The notes beneath the pieces are model-generated. The model was not told the origin of the DNA. It saw only the letters and a program-made list of their open reading frames with translations, and did no database searches. Shown piece by piece: positions 43,847-56,494 of a stretch of 64,000 bases of DNA (position 1 is the first letter of the stretch; each line of letters opens with the position of its first letter). Origin of the DNA: Octopus vulgaris. Its lineage: Eukaryota. Location of the stretch: the NCBI GenBank assembly GCA_951406725.2, contig OX597815.1, positions 30,132,001 to 30,196,000 on the forward strand, given 5' to 3'. Position numbers and translations under genes: made by a program.

Positions 43847-44448
43847 GAGTGAGAGAGCAGTGCATGCCATCAAAGTGACACTGGGCTAAAATATACGAAG
43901 CCCAGTATACCCATCATGACTACCCGTCTGATAAGGGTACACCAGGCACATGCATCACAACTATATGTGCGCGACATGGTGATCTCATATCAAGATAAAC
44001 AGTTCATGACCTTGCAGCTGGGGCCCAGTTACAATTCTCTTCTGGTCGAGTAACCCATCTCGCTCAAAAGGTCCCTGAATTAGGGTTGTTTAAGGATGTT
44101 GATCGAAACACCCATGTTTCCAGAGGTGAATTATTCAAACCTCAAAGAATCCCTCTCAACACGTGGCTATGATGCTCCCCCACTGCTTCTGCTCGTGATC
44201 AGAGATGCACATATCGTCAGCCACTAAGAGACATGCTCAACTGGTTTAGGTCAAACAACTGACAAGCAATCTGTGGTATTGAGAAGAGTATTTGCTGTAG
44301 TCCATCTTTTATACCCAGACAAAACAACGTACATGAAAACACTTGCAGTCAGTTAAGATCAGAAGCCACGAGTGCCACTTAAGATCAGAAGCTACGAGTA
44401 CCATGTTAAGATCAGAAGCCACGAATAGTTAAGATCAGAAGCCACAAG

Positions 44449-44450
<2 letters not shown>
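43847..44450 (-). mobile_element. Unclassified ~550-600-bp repeat embedded in (AAT)n; internally deleted copy at 43449-43755
   Basis: Both copies begin ttatt|GAGTGAGA.AGCAGTGCATGCCATCAAA and end at the same cagttaagatca.aagc motif. Strand inferred from the (AAT)n tail. Confidence 0.7.
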
Positions 44451-44543
<93 letters not shown>

Positions 44544-44550
44544 CATCATT

Positions 44551-44695
<145 letters not shown>

Positions 44696-45677
44696 TATAT
44701 TATATGTGTGTGCATGCGTGGGTATGTGCGCGTATATGTATGTGTATGTGTCTTTCAAGTTCTGTGTCAATTTTAATTTGAGATTCCAAGATCAGACATG
44801 AAGTTTTTGAGAAAAAATTTTTGTTTTTGTGCTGTCGGTGATTTTTAGAAACACAAATAAATTTAATGTGCGATTCAGACACAAACGAATATTTTCTCAA
44901 TGAAATCTCTAAAAGGGTTAATGAATAGTCGTGTTTCCTGTAGGCGGTTCATTACACGTTTCGTCAATAAGCTTAGTGAAACAGAGTAACCAGATTATGC
45001 AATAGTTCAACAGACTTTGGCTTTTTACGCATAAGCGACATGTCTAGATAATTTTATTAAAAATATGGTACAAATTTACGAAAGCTGCGAGATTTTTGAT
45101 GAAACATATCAGACTGAAAATTAATATTCAATCAGATTTAAATGGATTCAATTGGAATTTATATCAAACCGGTACGTCTTGTGTGAACAATACATTAAAT
45201 TTATGAAATGAGGCCAATTCTATCATGTCACAGGAAATACGATTCTCTCTTTTCAGCAGGTCAAAAAGTGATTCATTGGCTTTTCCATATGTTCTATTTA
45301 TATTCAATAATGTTGGCAATCGAGATAATTATACAAACACAGCAAATCAAATTTATTTAAAGAGGTGTTTATAAGGCACAACTTCTGAACAATTATGATT
45401 ATAACGTCAAACAACAAGAGACTTGACTTTCTCGACAAGGTATATTGTTATTCAGATGTTACAGCTGAAAAATCCTTGAATACATTATCTCTTATATCCA
45501 AAGAAACACTCAATTCATCCACTCATCTATACATTTATCTATCCATCTAACCATCCATTCAACCTTTCCACCCATCCATCCATCCATCCATCCATCCATC
45601 CATCCATCCATCACTCAATCGATTAATCAATCTACCCATCCATAAACCTGTACACACAGACACACGTACACACACAT

Positions 45678-45933
45678 ATTCTAGGTCTCATAGTTGCACC
45701 TAAGTCCGTGTCAGTTGCACCTGAGATACTTGATGATTAAAGGTGTATGGAGCAAGGTCGCTGAATGTGATGTATCTCTATATCTAACAGTCTCGGGTGT
45801 ATTATAATCACAGTTTAACTGTATTTTCACACGCCATCGATCTTGCAATATATCACAACATATCTCACAGTTTATCCATTAACATGGTATATTAGGTGCA
45901 TTTAAAAATTCTTCTTTCCAATGTTATACATAA
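45678..45933 (+). repeat. ~255-bp direct duplicate of 48297-48554
   Basis: attctaggtctcat.gttgcacctaagtccgtgtcag...ttctttccaatgttatacataa is present twice with few substitutions. Confidence 0.9.
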
Positions 45934-46258
45934 GCATGTTCACTGTCACGAAACGTTACAGATGCTATCCCAGCTGTTATAATATAATGCAGGTCAACCG
46001 GGATCTATCAGACCTGTGTTGAAAAGAATTTGAACCGAGATCTTTATTGTTATCTAAAACCACATTATCTTTATTGTTTGTTATCTGTTGTGTTGTGTCC
46101 ATCCTTCTTTTAGGATGGCAGTACATGATATGAGGAATTCTTGTCTGCTAACTCTAGAAGGTCGAGTGGCATTATTGTTCTCTAGTGGACAGTTAAACTG
46201 GTTGTAGACTGCAGCAATGAGCTCTTGCAGTTACAGAATGTTATTGAATATAAATACC

Positions 46259-46705
46259 AGCAGAGGCAATGTATAATTGTGAGAGCATCTAGTAATGTCT
46301 CATATCGCTTTAAATCGTGAATATTATAGAACTTCCATAGCAGGGTATCTAAAGATCTAAACACGTGTGGTATATCAGAACTGACAAAGATGGGAAAGAC
46401 GGAGAACATATAAGAGAGATAATTTAGGAGAAAGACAGGAAGGAAATATTCACTAAAGTGAAGGTTTAACGTGTAGCGAAGGAAGCAGAGGTAATGTATA
46501 ATTGTGAGAGCATCTAGCAAAGTCTCATACCGCTTTAAATCGCGAATATTATAGAACTTCCATGGCAAGGTATCTAAATATCTAAATACGTGTGGTATAT
46601 CAGAACTGACATAAATGGGAAAGACGGAGAACATATAAGAGAGATAATTTAGGAGAAAGACAGGAAGGAAATATTCACTAAAGTGAAGGTTTAACGTGTA
46701 GCGAA
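46259..46705 (+). repeat. Tandem repeat, 2 x 225 bp
   Basis: agcagagg.aatgtataattgtgagagcatctag occurs at 46259 and 46484; the last ~90 bp of the units are identical. Confidence 0.9.
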
Positions 46706-47808
46706 AAGGAAAATGAGATATGAAGGTGATTCGGAAGTAGTACTTGCGGCATTTATACGCTAATTATATGTTAATGAATATCACGATGCAGAAATCTGAG
46801 AGGGCTAGATATTTATGGGAATATTTAGCGTACAAGATACGTACAGTTTGCACACACACGTCTTTAAAAACTGGAAATCTTCCTCAGTCACCTCGTTTAC
46901 CTCCCTTGCTGCTTCCAGGCAATATACGCATTCACAAGTTGTTTTGTGTCCCCTATCAATTGTAACAGGTCTCTCAATCATAGAGGATGTGAAGCTCTTC
47001 TGCCCGCTTTCACCCTTGGTGTGTGTGCGTGTTTGTATGTACACACACGCACATTATATGGGTGTGTGTATTTGTATGTGTGCGTGTGTGTGTATGTAAG
47101 GTGTTTGTGTTTGTGCTTGTACACTTGTACATTCAATTAAATCATTACATTGACAGGAAATATTAAAGCTAAAAAAATACGAAAGAAAAAAATGAAGCGA
47201 AAACGTTTATGATGAGAAGAATGAATGTTCCCCTCTTAATGTTACTCGCGGGACTTTCAGGCAATGAAGGAAAAGCACTCTCGGATGATATTTACGTTTC
47301 TCAGTGATTCATACACCCATATGGTTGTACGCGAGCACACAAGCACACACACACACACTCTCGCATACACACAATACGTGCGCGATACACATACAGACAT
47401 ATGTACATACACACACATACAAACATACGTACATACACACACATACGTACACCCACCCACGCGCACACGCATTTAGACAATAAAACACTCTTATAGGCGA
47501 GCAGACATACGAGGACGTGTAAAAAAGATGTGCTTATGCAACGGCGTGTTTTATGTGCCCGCACTACTTAATAGAAATAGCAGCCAAAACTTTTTCAAAT
47601 GACATTTCAATATTTTTGAATATAGGACACATTAGATGTAGTAATTCACTATGTGATCTACATTGTCCAACTCTGAAAAGAATGTAGGATCATTAGGGAT
47701 ACATTACATTTTATCACAGGTTTCCACAACTATGGAGCGCAACAACGACAACAATAGCGGTTACAAACATTTTATCTTTGAGAACTATATTTTAACAGTG
47801 TATCTATC

Positions 47809-48170
47809 TATAAACTCCTCTCCATATACTTTCTGCAACATTGTGTAGGCTTCTGAGCAGGTGTCGCCACGACAACTTTCTCTCTCATGATCAATGCGAC
47901 GGTCACCCGCTACACGCCTTCCTTCTAAGCACTGCTGTAAACAGCAGAAGTGAGCAAGAACATTAAAACTTAGTGTGCATGTAGAGCAGAGTTCTAGGTC
48001 AATCCGTTCCGAGCGGTTTCAATCTGCGTGCTTTAGCTTCGTTACTCTGGCAACAGCCCGGATACTTGACACTTTATGCAAGTGACTTCTATTACAGTCA
48101 CGAGCCGACCAAAGCATAGTGAGTGGATTTGACAGACGGAAACTGAAAGAAGCCTGTCGTATATATATAT
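47809..48170 (+). repeat. Direct duplicate of 50237-50592 (mariner 5' end + SINE junction)
   Basis: Both copies share the same mariner/SINE breakpoint ..gcccggatacttgac(a/g)ctttatgcaagtgacttct.. with scattered substitutions. Confidence 0.85.
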
Positions 48171-49186
48171 ACAATAGTAATTTAAAACGTCTACTGCAAC
48201 TTTGACTTCGGAAAAATTCTGTCAAATTGCTGTAGAATAGGGTTCCACTTCATGAGACTTACTTTCACTCAGAAATGTAGTTGGAATAGCTGATGGATTC
48301 TAGGTCTCATCGTTGCACCTAAGTCCGTGTCAGTTGCACCTGAGATACTTGATGATTAAAGGTGTATGGAGAAAGGGCGCTGGATGTGATGTGTCTCTAT
48401 ATCTAACAGTCTCGGGTGTATTATAATCACAGTTTAACTGTATTTCACACGCCATCTATCTTGCAATATATTACAACAACATATCTCACATTTTACCCAT
48501 TAACATGATATATTAGGTGCATTTAAAAATTCTTCTTTCCAATGTTATACATAATATCTCCAGTATAGCTCAACACTATATCCAGTAATCTAATGCAATA
48601 TATCAGACCTAAGTATCCATAACCACCCACCACATAGTACAATAACATAATATATCAGCGTATTTAACAAGCCAGGCTTTCAATTTATTCAATCCTATTA
48701 TGAGTGCATTTCGCCATTTAATGTAAGTTCCTCTAATTTAATGCATCTGCCTATCTTTAGATTTAGTAAATCAATACATTTGACATTGACAAAGTAGCTA
48801 TCCTTAATGAATTTAAACACGACGTTCCAACGGCTCAAACACAAATAAACCTTTTCCCAACTTATTGAAATGAAAGAAATGTTAGGTAGGCTTTCCGTTT
48901 ACTATCAATACTTCAGTTTCCTTTTCCACCTCACAATCACTCTCTCAAACACGCAGACGTGCGCGCACACATATATGGGTGCATGTACAAACACAAGCTC
49001 ATTCACACGCCTCGTACACACATACTCACACAGACAAAATCTCAAATACATCTATGCATATTTTGCATAACTTTGCAACACGATCGTAACCAAACATGAG
49101 CATGTCTACTCTTTTTCACAAAGTTACGGGGACGTAAATACAGCAAGATCGGTTGTCTAGTGATCGTGGGGACAAACATAGACACC

Positions 49187-49262
<76 letters not shown>

Positions 49263-49358
49263 TAATCAAAACATGAATAAAGAGAAAACGCAACAACGCG
49301 AGGACGTGGAACAAGTATAGTGTTATTGGACGCACGGAAAAGGAAAGAAAGAAGGATG

Positions 49359-49393
49359 ATTTAACGTTTCGAGCGGAGCTCTTCGTCAGAAAC
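49359..49393 (-). ncRNA. Minimal hammerhead ribozyme motif within repeat 49260-49460
   Basis: Reverse complement reads GTTT-CTGACGA-A-GAGC-tcc-GCTC-GAAAC-GTT-AAAT. Confidence 0.7.
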
Positions 49394-49625
49394 ATAGAAA
49401 AAGAAAAGGTCCAAGGAAGAAAAGACAGAGAAAGAAAATTGCCAACGATACATACGCGGACTGGCTTCTTCCAGCCCTCCGTCTATTAAATCCACTCACA
49501 AGACTGGTCGGCACGAGGCTATAGCAGAAGTCACTTGCCGAGGGTGCCATGCATTGAACCCGGAACTCTATGGTTGGGAAGTAGGCTTCTTACCAGACAG
49601 CCACTCCTGCGTCTATAAATATATA

Positions 49626-50492
49626 CGTTGTCTGATCAATAAGTATCCAGTCTGTTGCTATAGTGACGAAGCTAAAGCACGCTGAGTGAAGCCGCTTGGC
49701 AAAGATTGACCGTGAACTCTGTTGTGCATGCGCGCTAAGTTTTAACGTCCAAGTTCACTTCCCCACTTTACAGCAGTGCTTGGAATGAAAGTTTAATGCG
49801 TGCGATCGTTGCATTGATCATGACAAAGAAAGTTGAGCAGGGAATCAGAATCAAATTTTTCAAAAAGCTTGGCGATACTTGCTCAGAAGCTCGTGCAAAT
49901 TTTTTTAGTAAGTTTCATCGTTCTCAGCGCAATCAAAGACATCTTGTGCAATTGAAGCCCGAGTGTCAGCTGAAAACAGTTTTGGAACAAACTTGGCAGA
50001 GACGTGTTTCATACTGAAATTCTCAGTGATAATGGTCTGAACTGAACCGTAACTAATCAGCACCGCCTCTGATAATCCACGGATGGCGATTCAACGATTT
50101 CCCCTCACAGCTGCACGCACATCTGTGATGTTTTTCTCAGCTCTGCTGATTGCGGGTCACCTAGAACCTTCGTCAATATCAACATTTTTCGGCCATCTTG
50201 GAAACGTCTGAAACACTCGTACACTTGTGTGCGGCTTATAAACTCCTTTCCATACACTTTCTGCAACTTTGTATAGGCTTCTGAGCAGGTGTCGCCATGA
50301 TCACCTCTCTCATGGTCAATGCGACGATCACACGCTACACGCCTTCCTTCTAAGCACTGCTGTAAACAGCAGAAGTGAGCGAGAATATTAAAACTTACTG
50401 TGCATGTACAGCAGGGTTCGAGGTTAATCTGTTCCAAGCGGTTTCAATCTGCGTGCTTTAGCTTCGTTACTATGGCAACAGCCCGGATACTT
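49626..50492. mobile_element. Mariner-derived fold-back element made of two inverted 5' ends
   Basis: Left arm (+) starts TA|CGTTGTCTGATCAATAAGTATCC and encodes MTKKVEQGIRIKFFKKLGDTCSEA. Right arm (-) encodes GDTCSEAYTKLQKVYG..SRTQVYECFRRFQDGR / ..ISYGSVQTIITENFSMKHVSAKFVPKL (HTH plus WVPxxL-type linker). The outer right end is cut off at a SINE junction. Confidence 0.8.
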
Positions 50493-50584
50493 GACGCTTT
50501 ATGCAAGTGACTTCTATTACAGTCACGAGCCGACCAAAGCATAGTGTGTAGATTTGGCAGACGGAAACTGAAAGAAGCCTGGCG

Positions 50585-50617
<33 letters not shown>

Positions 50618-51660
50618 ATGTGTGTGTGTGTGTGTCCATATTTATGATTTATATGTGTGCTTGTGTTTGCCCCCAACCTTCGCTTGACAATTGATGTTAG
50701 TGTGTTTTCGTTCCCGTAACTTAGCAGTTCGGCAAAAGAAACCGGTAGAATAAGGACTCGGCTTAAGAAGAATTTAGTCGCTTCGACTAAAAACCTTTTG
50801 AGGTGCTGCTCCAAGATGGCAGAAGTTAAATGACTGAGAGAAATATAAGTATAAAAGAATTCATGCACGGGAAGGGTTCATTGCGTTTGTCTCCCCTTCG
50901 CTTCACAAGCGGTATTGGATTGTTTACATATCCGAAGCCTAGCGCCTCATCATAAGAAGCAGATAGAATGTGTACCAAATTTAAAAACATTACGTACTAG
51001 GGTCGATTCCTTTTACTAAAACCCTTCAAGGCAGCTCCCCCAGCGAAGCCTCAATCCAAAGAAGTAAAAAAAAACCTTTAGTTTTTGAAGGATGCGTTTT
51101 GATATGTTTTGATATAACCTTGCTATGTTTGTACTCGGGAAACCGGCTAAGATGTAAATGATACCCGGTTTGTTAGTAAAGTAAGCTGTGTTGGCAATAT
51201 AACGTGAGATTGTTGAAAAATCTGGATGCTAGAAAATTTATGTAAGTCTTTAATAACAAAAGATTTTGCTGGGAAAATATTTTTCCTCCTCTCAATCAAC
51301 ATAACGTATAATTTGGTTACACCCCATAGTGGAACAGTTTTTGCGTTTATAGGCTTTTGCTTTACATGCTGGTTTAAAATAAATAAAAATATAAGCTTAA
51401 TAACGACCCACGGGAAAAGGCCTGGTTTCTGTGTAAAATGTTATAACATTTATGTAATTATGTCATAGAACATATAGGAGCTTCTATCTCAAAGACATTC
51501 TTGCTTCTACCTCACTATGTATCTGTCTGTCTGTCTGTCTGTCTCTGTCTCTGCCTCTGCCCCTCTCTCTCTCTCTCTCTCTGTCGAACATTAAATATTT
51601 TACTCTTCTGTCTGTCATTCATTGCAGTCCCTCGTATTCTCCGTATATGTACCTGTTACG

Positions 51661-52230
51661 TTCTTCTTCTTCTTCTTCTCCTCCTCCTCCTCCTCCTCCT
51701 CCTCCTCCTTTCCTCCTCCTCCTCCTCCTTTCCTCCTCCTCCTCCTCCTCCTTCCTCCTCCTCCTCCTCCTTTTTCCTCCTCCTCCTTTTTCTTCTTCTT
51801 CCTCCCCCTTCTCTTTTACCTCCCCCTCCTCTTCACCTCTCTTCTACTTCATCCTCCTCCTCTATCCTTCCTCCCCTCCTCCCATTCTCTTCTCCTCTAC
51901 ATTCCTCCTTTTCGTCTTTTTCCTCCTCCCTTCTCTTCTTTTTCTATTCTTTCTCCCTCCTCTTTCCTCCTTTTCGTTTTTCTCCCTCCTCTTTTTCTTC
52001 TTCCTCCTCCTTCGTCTCCTCGTCTTCTGCTTTCTCCTCCTCCTCCTCCTCCTCCTCTTCTTCTTCTTCTTCTTCTTCTGCACCTCCTCACCGTCATCAT
52101 CGTCCCCTACCCTAATCCCCATTACCACCGCCACCATCACCAGTCATTATCATCTCGTCACAGTTATTTGTTGTGGTTGCTACTGTTGTTGTTGCTTTTG
52201 TTGCCTTTGTTGCTGTTGTTGTTGTTGTTG

Positions 52231-52276
<46 letters not shown>

Positions 52277-52277
52277 T
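51661..52277 (+). repeat. Polypyrimidine (TCC/TTC)n low-complexity tract followed by (TTG)n and (TCA)n
   Basis: Direct reading; explains the overlapping Ser/Pro/Leu-rich ORFs. Confidence 0.95.
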
Positions 52278-53344
52278 CTTGTTATTATTTATGTGGTGAG
52301 CTGGCACAGTCTGTAGCACACCAGATAAAATGCGTAACGACATTTCTTCTGGCTTTACATTTTGCGTTCAAATTCCAGCGAAGTCGACTTTACCTTTCAT
52401 CCCTTCGGGATCGATAAAATAAGTACCAGTTGAACACTGGGGTCGATATAATCAACTTATTTCGCATCCCGAAATTGTTGGGCTTGTTCTAAAATTTGAA
52501 AGCACCACCACTACATGTTAAGTGAAGTCAAATAATGCTTAACAAAGAATGGTAAACACACCAGAGGAAATACAGGAAGATCCTAAGAATAAAGCTATTA
52601 TATAAAAATGTATTTCAACGAAATAAAAACAGGCAACTAGAGCAAGTGATGCAGACCCGGAACGAAAAAGGCATAAGGCGACTCTGGGGGATAGAAAATT
52701 ATGTGGCACGTGGGAGACGCTTTGGTACAGTTGAGGTGAGTTTTTCAACTGAAGAAAATGCTAAAGAGAGTGCAGTGATAACTCTAAAAAGTGAAGAATT
52801 GTGGCTAATTCCGACATTCTAAGTGTCGGAGTGTGGTTAAAATAAAGGTAGCAGGGCTACCACCGGAAGTGGACATCTCTTTGCTGGTGGTAGATGTTTT
52901 ATACGGCATAGAGAATAAAACAACAGTTCTCCAAGTGCATGAAATGGGAAAAAAAATTCGTTAGGCACGGAAATAGAATTATTGATACACGACGATACCA
53001 ATATAGAAGTCATCCATGACCTGATCACCCGCCTCCCTTAATGCTACACAGTTATTCATAGCAGTCAAGGGCAGAAAGCCGAGGTGACGCATCCGCAGTG
53101 AGGCAAAACACTTAAAGACTTTCTGCACCATGCATAGTAGGGAAGCAACAACAACAACAAAAAAGCATCAAAAGCAACAGCAGCAACACCCACAAGAACA
53201 CCACAAACACAATCAGTGACAAGAGCAACAACATCCAAAGCAAGAACAGCATCAACAGAAGGAGCAGCAGGAGAGTTCCATCGAACAACTTCAGCAGCAA
53301 GCACCAGTACCAGGGTGGTTAGTTTCACCCAGAAATGGGCAGAG

Positions 53345-54560
53345 AGGAAGTGGTCCCTGACAATTGTCCATTGCTCTTCTGTGTTACCAATCAAGCTGGA
53401 GCGCTTGCTCTTCTGTTTTTTGAGGAAGGGATGTGCTTCGATCGTTGGACGGTCCATCTGCTGTCAGTAGCCGCAGACTTGGTGGGTTGTGGTTAATGAT
53501 GCGCAGACAAGCACTGTTGCTGCGGCATCTCCAGAGTTTCGTTTACGGAAAGCAAGGTAGTCCCCGTTTGTCAGACACAATTTTCCTCAGCTACATTGAC
53601 GGAGCTACAGTCCTGGATCAAGCGTAGACCGAGGCGTAGATACATGGAGTGTCAGCAAGTGTTCACAGCCCTTAAGACTGTCAGGCAATCCGGTCGGTGG
53701 AAGTATCACACTTGAGTTCTTTAGTTAGTGGTTCGCAAGAGCGATGATTCCCTCTGAGAAGCCCTGGATGTCGGGAGAGAGCAAGTGGCGGACCTTCGGG
53801 CGGGGGACTATGGATAATTTCCAGAAATCCCTGGCGTGGCTGTGCTGCCAGGGGTGGGGAGCTTTGTCGGTTCCATAAATCTCTACAGGTACGGAGGTAC
53901 TGTCAGACAGACGTATCTGAGATGTGTTCAGGGCGATGAAACCGTTCTGAATGTATTGGTCTCGTATCCGGGCAATGCTGAACGGTGGAGCTTTGTCGAA
54001 CAGCTGTTGTCTTCATGCAGGACGGACCCGGCGATCAACTGAATTCATTGTGAAAACGCTCCAAGAACCTCTTTTGGTCGGGTAGGGCAGACAGTTTTCT
54101 TCAGTGTGGTGACTGTAGCGAAAGACGTAGTGTTGTGAGTGAGGTTGGAAGGGGGCAGACAGACACCATCCTCTTCGGTCAAAACATCTTCGACTGTTTA
54201 AAGTTCAATTTGAAAAGGAAAGTGATGGTGGAGAGGGAAATGTTGCCCGCCAGTAATTTTGCTGAAAGTGGGTAAATGCGGCAGTGTGAATGGGCCTACT
54301 ATGAACATGCGCCTGTAGGACTGAATAAATGGAGAAGGGAATGGTGCCCACCCGAGGTGCCCTTGACATCTGAGGTATCCAAGATGAGTGAAGTTCCTTG
54401 GTCGCCCCTGTTTGGAGCTTCCCTCCTTTTGAGGAATTTCATTATTCACATTTTTATAGTTGATTGTTATTGTTTTCACTCTTTACACGCACTATATGTA
54501 AATCCTCAGTATTTTGTGTTGTATCGTCCTTCGTTCTAGTGTGCAGCCCTTGTAGCAAAA
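53345..54560 (+). pseudogene. Decayed L1/Tx1-like ORF2 3' region
   Basis: Fragments LERLLFCFLRKG..V.RSICCQ*P..GGL and DNFQKSLAWL..LYRYG..RCVQGDETVL..W.FVEQLLS resemble the C-terminal Cys-rich (zf-RVT-like) region. Many stops and frameshifts; short A-run near 54557. Confidence 0.6.
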
Positions 54561-56494
54561 AAAATACTAATAATTACTATTGTTGTTGTTGTTAGTGTTG
54601 TACTTCTTGTTTCACAACATCTCCATATAGAACCTCTTAAAGAACAACACAATTGTCACAGCAAAAATGAAAACAATACAATCAAAAATGAGAGGTCAGA
54701 AGAATATGGATATTAAAGACCATTGTTTTCTAACCAGAATTCTTCTATGGAGAGGAATAAAAGGTGTACAGGCTATTTTTACTACCCAATTAATTGGGAA
54801 ATCGTTGAAAAGAGGTATTATCACACATTTAAATCTCTTCTTCCTGCACGAACAAAACTAGACACTGGAGACAAAAAAATTGACACTGTGTTTGACAAGA
54901 GTCTGCTGACAGCGTTGGAACACGATGCGCGATTACTGAGAGGAAAATAAAACTTCAAAAAGGAAACAGCTATTAGAACTAGAAATATTGATGAGAATGA
55001 AGAGAATACAAAAATAGAAAACAAAAAGGTTAGCTGCTTACAGTTGGCCGATAGAGTAATGTGAAGCTCATGAGAGGAATGGAAAAAAACTCCGTTAATG
55101 TAGTTGAGACATTTAGAGAGAAATCTGGTTTCTGGGTGGGGGTGGGGCGGATTTCAACACGTTATTGCTGATATAGGTGTTCCCACAGGGAATAGATTAT
55201 AGAATTTCTTAAAAGAGGCTGAAGATGATAACAATATAGGTAAAGCTGTTCTGAAGCATATTATTAAGTAAAGGTTTATCAGGCTTGTTCAGGACTGAGC
55301 GAAAGGGCATACGATTAAAATCTGTAGTAGGCAAAGAAACTCTGGTTCAAGAAAAGAGAGGGGAAAACGAGCTCAATTCGGAAAAATGAAGAAGAAAATC
55401 ATTAATTCTAAATAAGGATTTGCAATGTTAGTGATGCTCAAAATTTTAACATTTACTTTTAAAGAATGGAGAGAAAAGAAAATACATTAACCAAAAAAAA
55501 TAAGAACAGTTCGTGAAAAAAGAGTAACAGTTTATTATTGCTTGTTATTAGTGAGTTGGCTAAGTCGTTAGCATTCCGGACAAAATGCTTAGCGGGGTTT
55601 CTTCAGGTTCTGGGTCAAATTCAGCCCTTCGTCCAACATTTCAAGCCTTGTACCTAAACTAGAAAGGATTATTATTATGCTTTTGTTTCTACAAGACACC
55701 AATTTATATCGTTAGAAAATTTTGTTTCCTTTTCACTAATGTTTTTTTATTAAAATTCCATTGTTAAAACTATTGTTCTGTTTTGTTATTAAACTGACCT
55801 GAATCCTTAAGAAGTAGTCTTTCCGATTCCGTTTTGACTTTTCGGGTCAAAAATATGCTATTTGTTCTTTGCATTTAACCTTTATAAGACAAAAACAAAC
55901 AAGGTGTTGCAAATGGAGGGTACGGATGGGAAAAAGAAGCTAATGGCAACTATAAAAAGGGATTTCCTCACAAGTATCTCCCTCTAATCCCATTGTGAAC
56001 CCAACATGAAGCCGCAACGACAGCGGCAGCAGCAATAACACCACACACACACACACACACACTTACTCATTCACACACACACACAGAAATAAGAACAACA
56101 ACCTGTCTAACACTACCACCGTCACTGCTACTATGGCAACGCGTAAGAGTGATGGCAACAGCAGTAGCACCATGACTACCTCCGTCACCAGCACCAATTT
56201 CACCATAGCAACCGGCTGTCACCAACTCAAAATCAGCCTCTTTAATAACCGACAACAGCATCGTAACTGTGGCCATCCACTCCATCACTGTCAAACGAAG
56301 TAACAGTAGCAAAGCCAAATATATACTAAAAAGTGTTATCCAGATACACGCCAGATAGTTAAATCAACAATTTTCGTTTACTTACGTAACTCAAGGCACA
56401 GAAAGATTTGAGCTGCATAGAGAAATAATTGAAGATGGATAATCATACTCAAAGAGAATGAAACGAAATTAAATGTTGCGGTACAACGTTATTG

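Noticed and set aside
44352-44449. Short repeats with variable spacers resembling a CRISPR array
   Set aside because: Spacers are only a few nt and related to each other, the context is eukaryotic and no cas genes are present.
51501-52417. Three overlapping 200-256-aa ORFs
   Set aside because: Produced by stop-free TCC/TTC/TTG/TCA low-complexity sequence.
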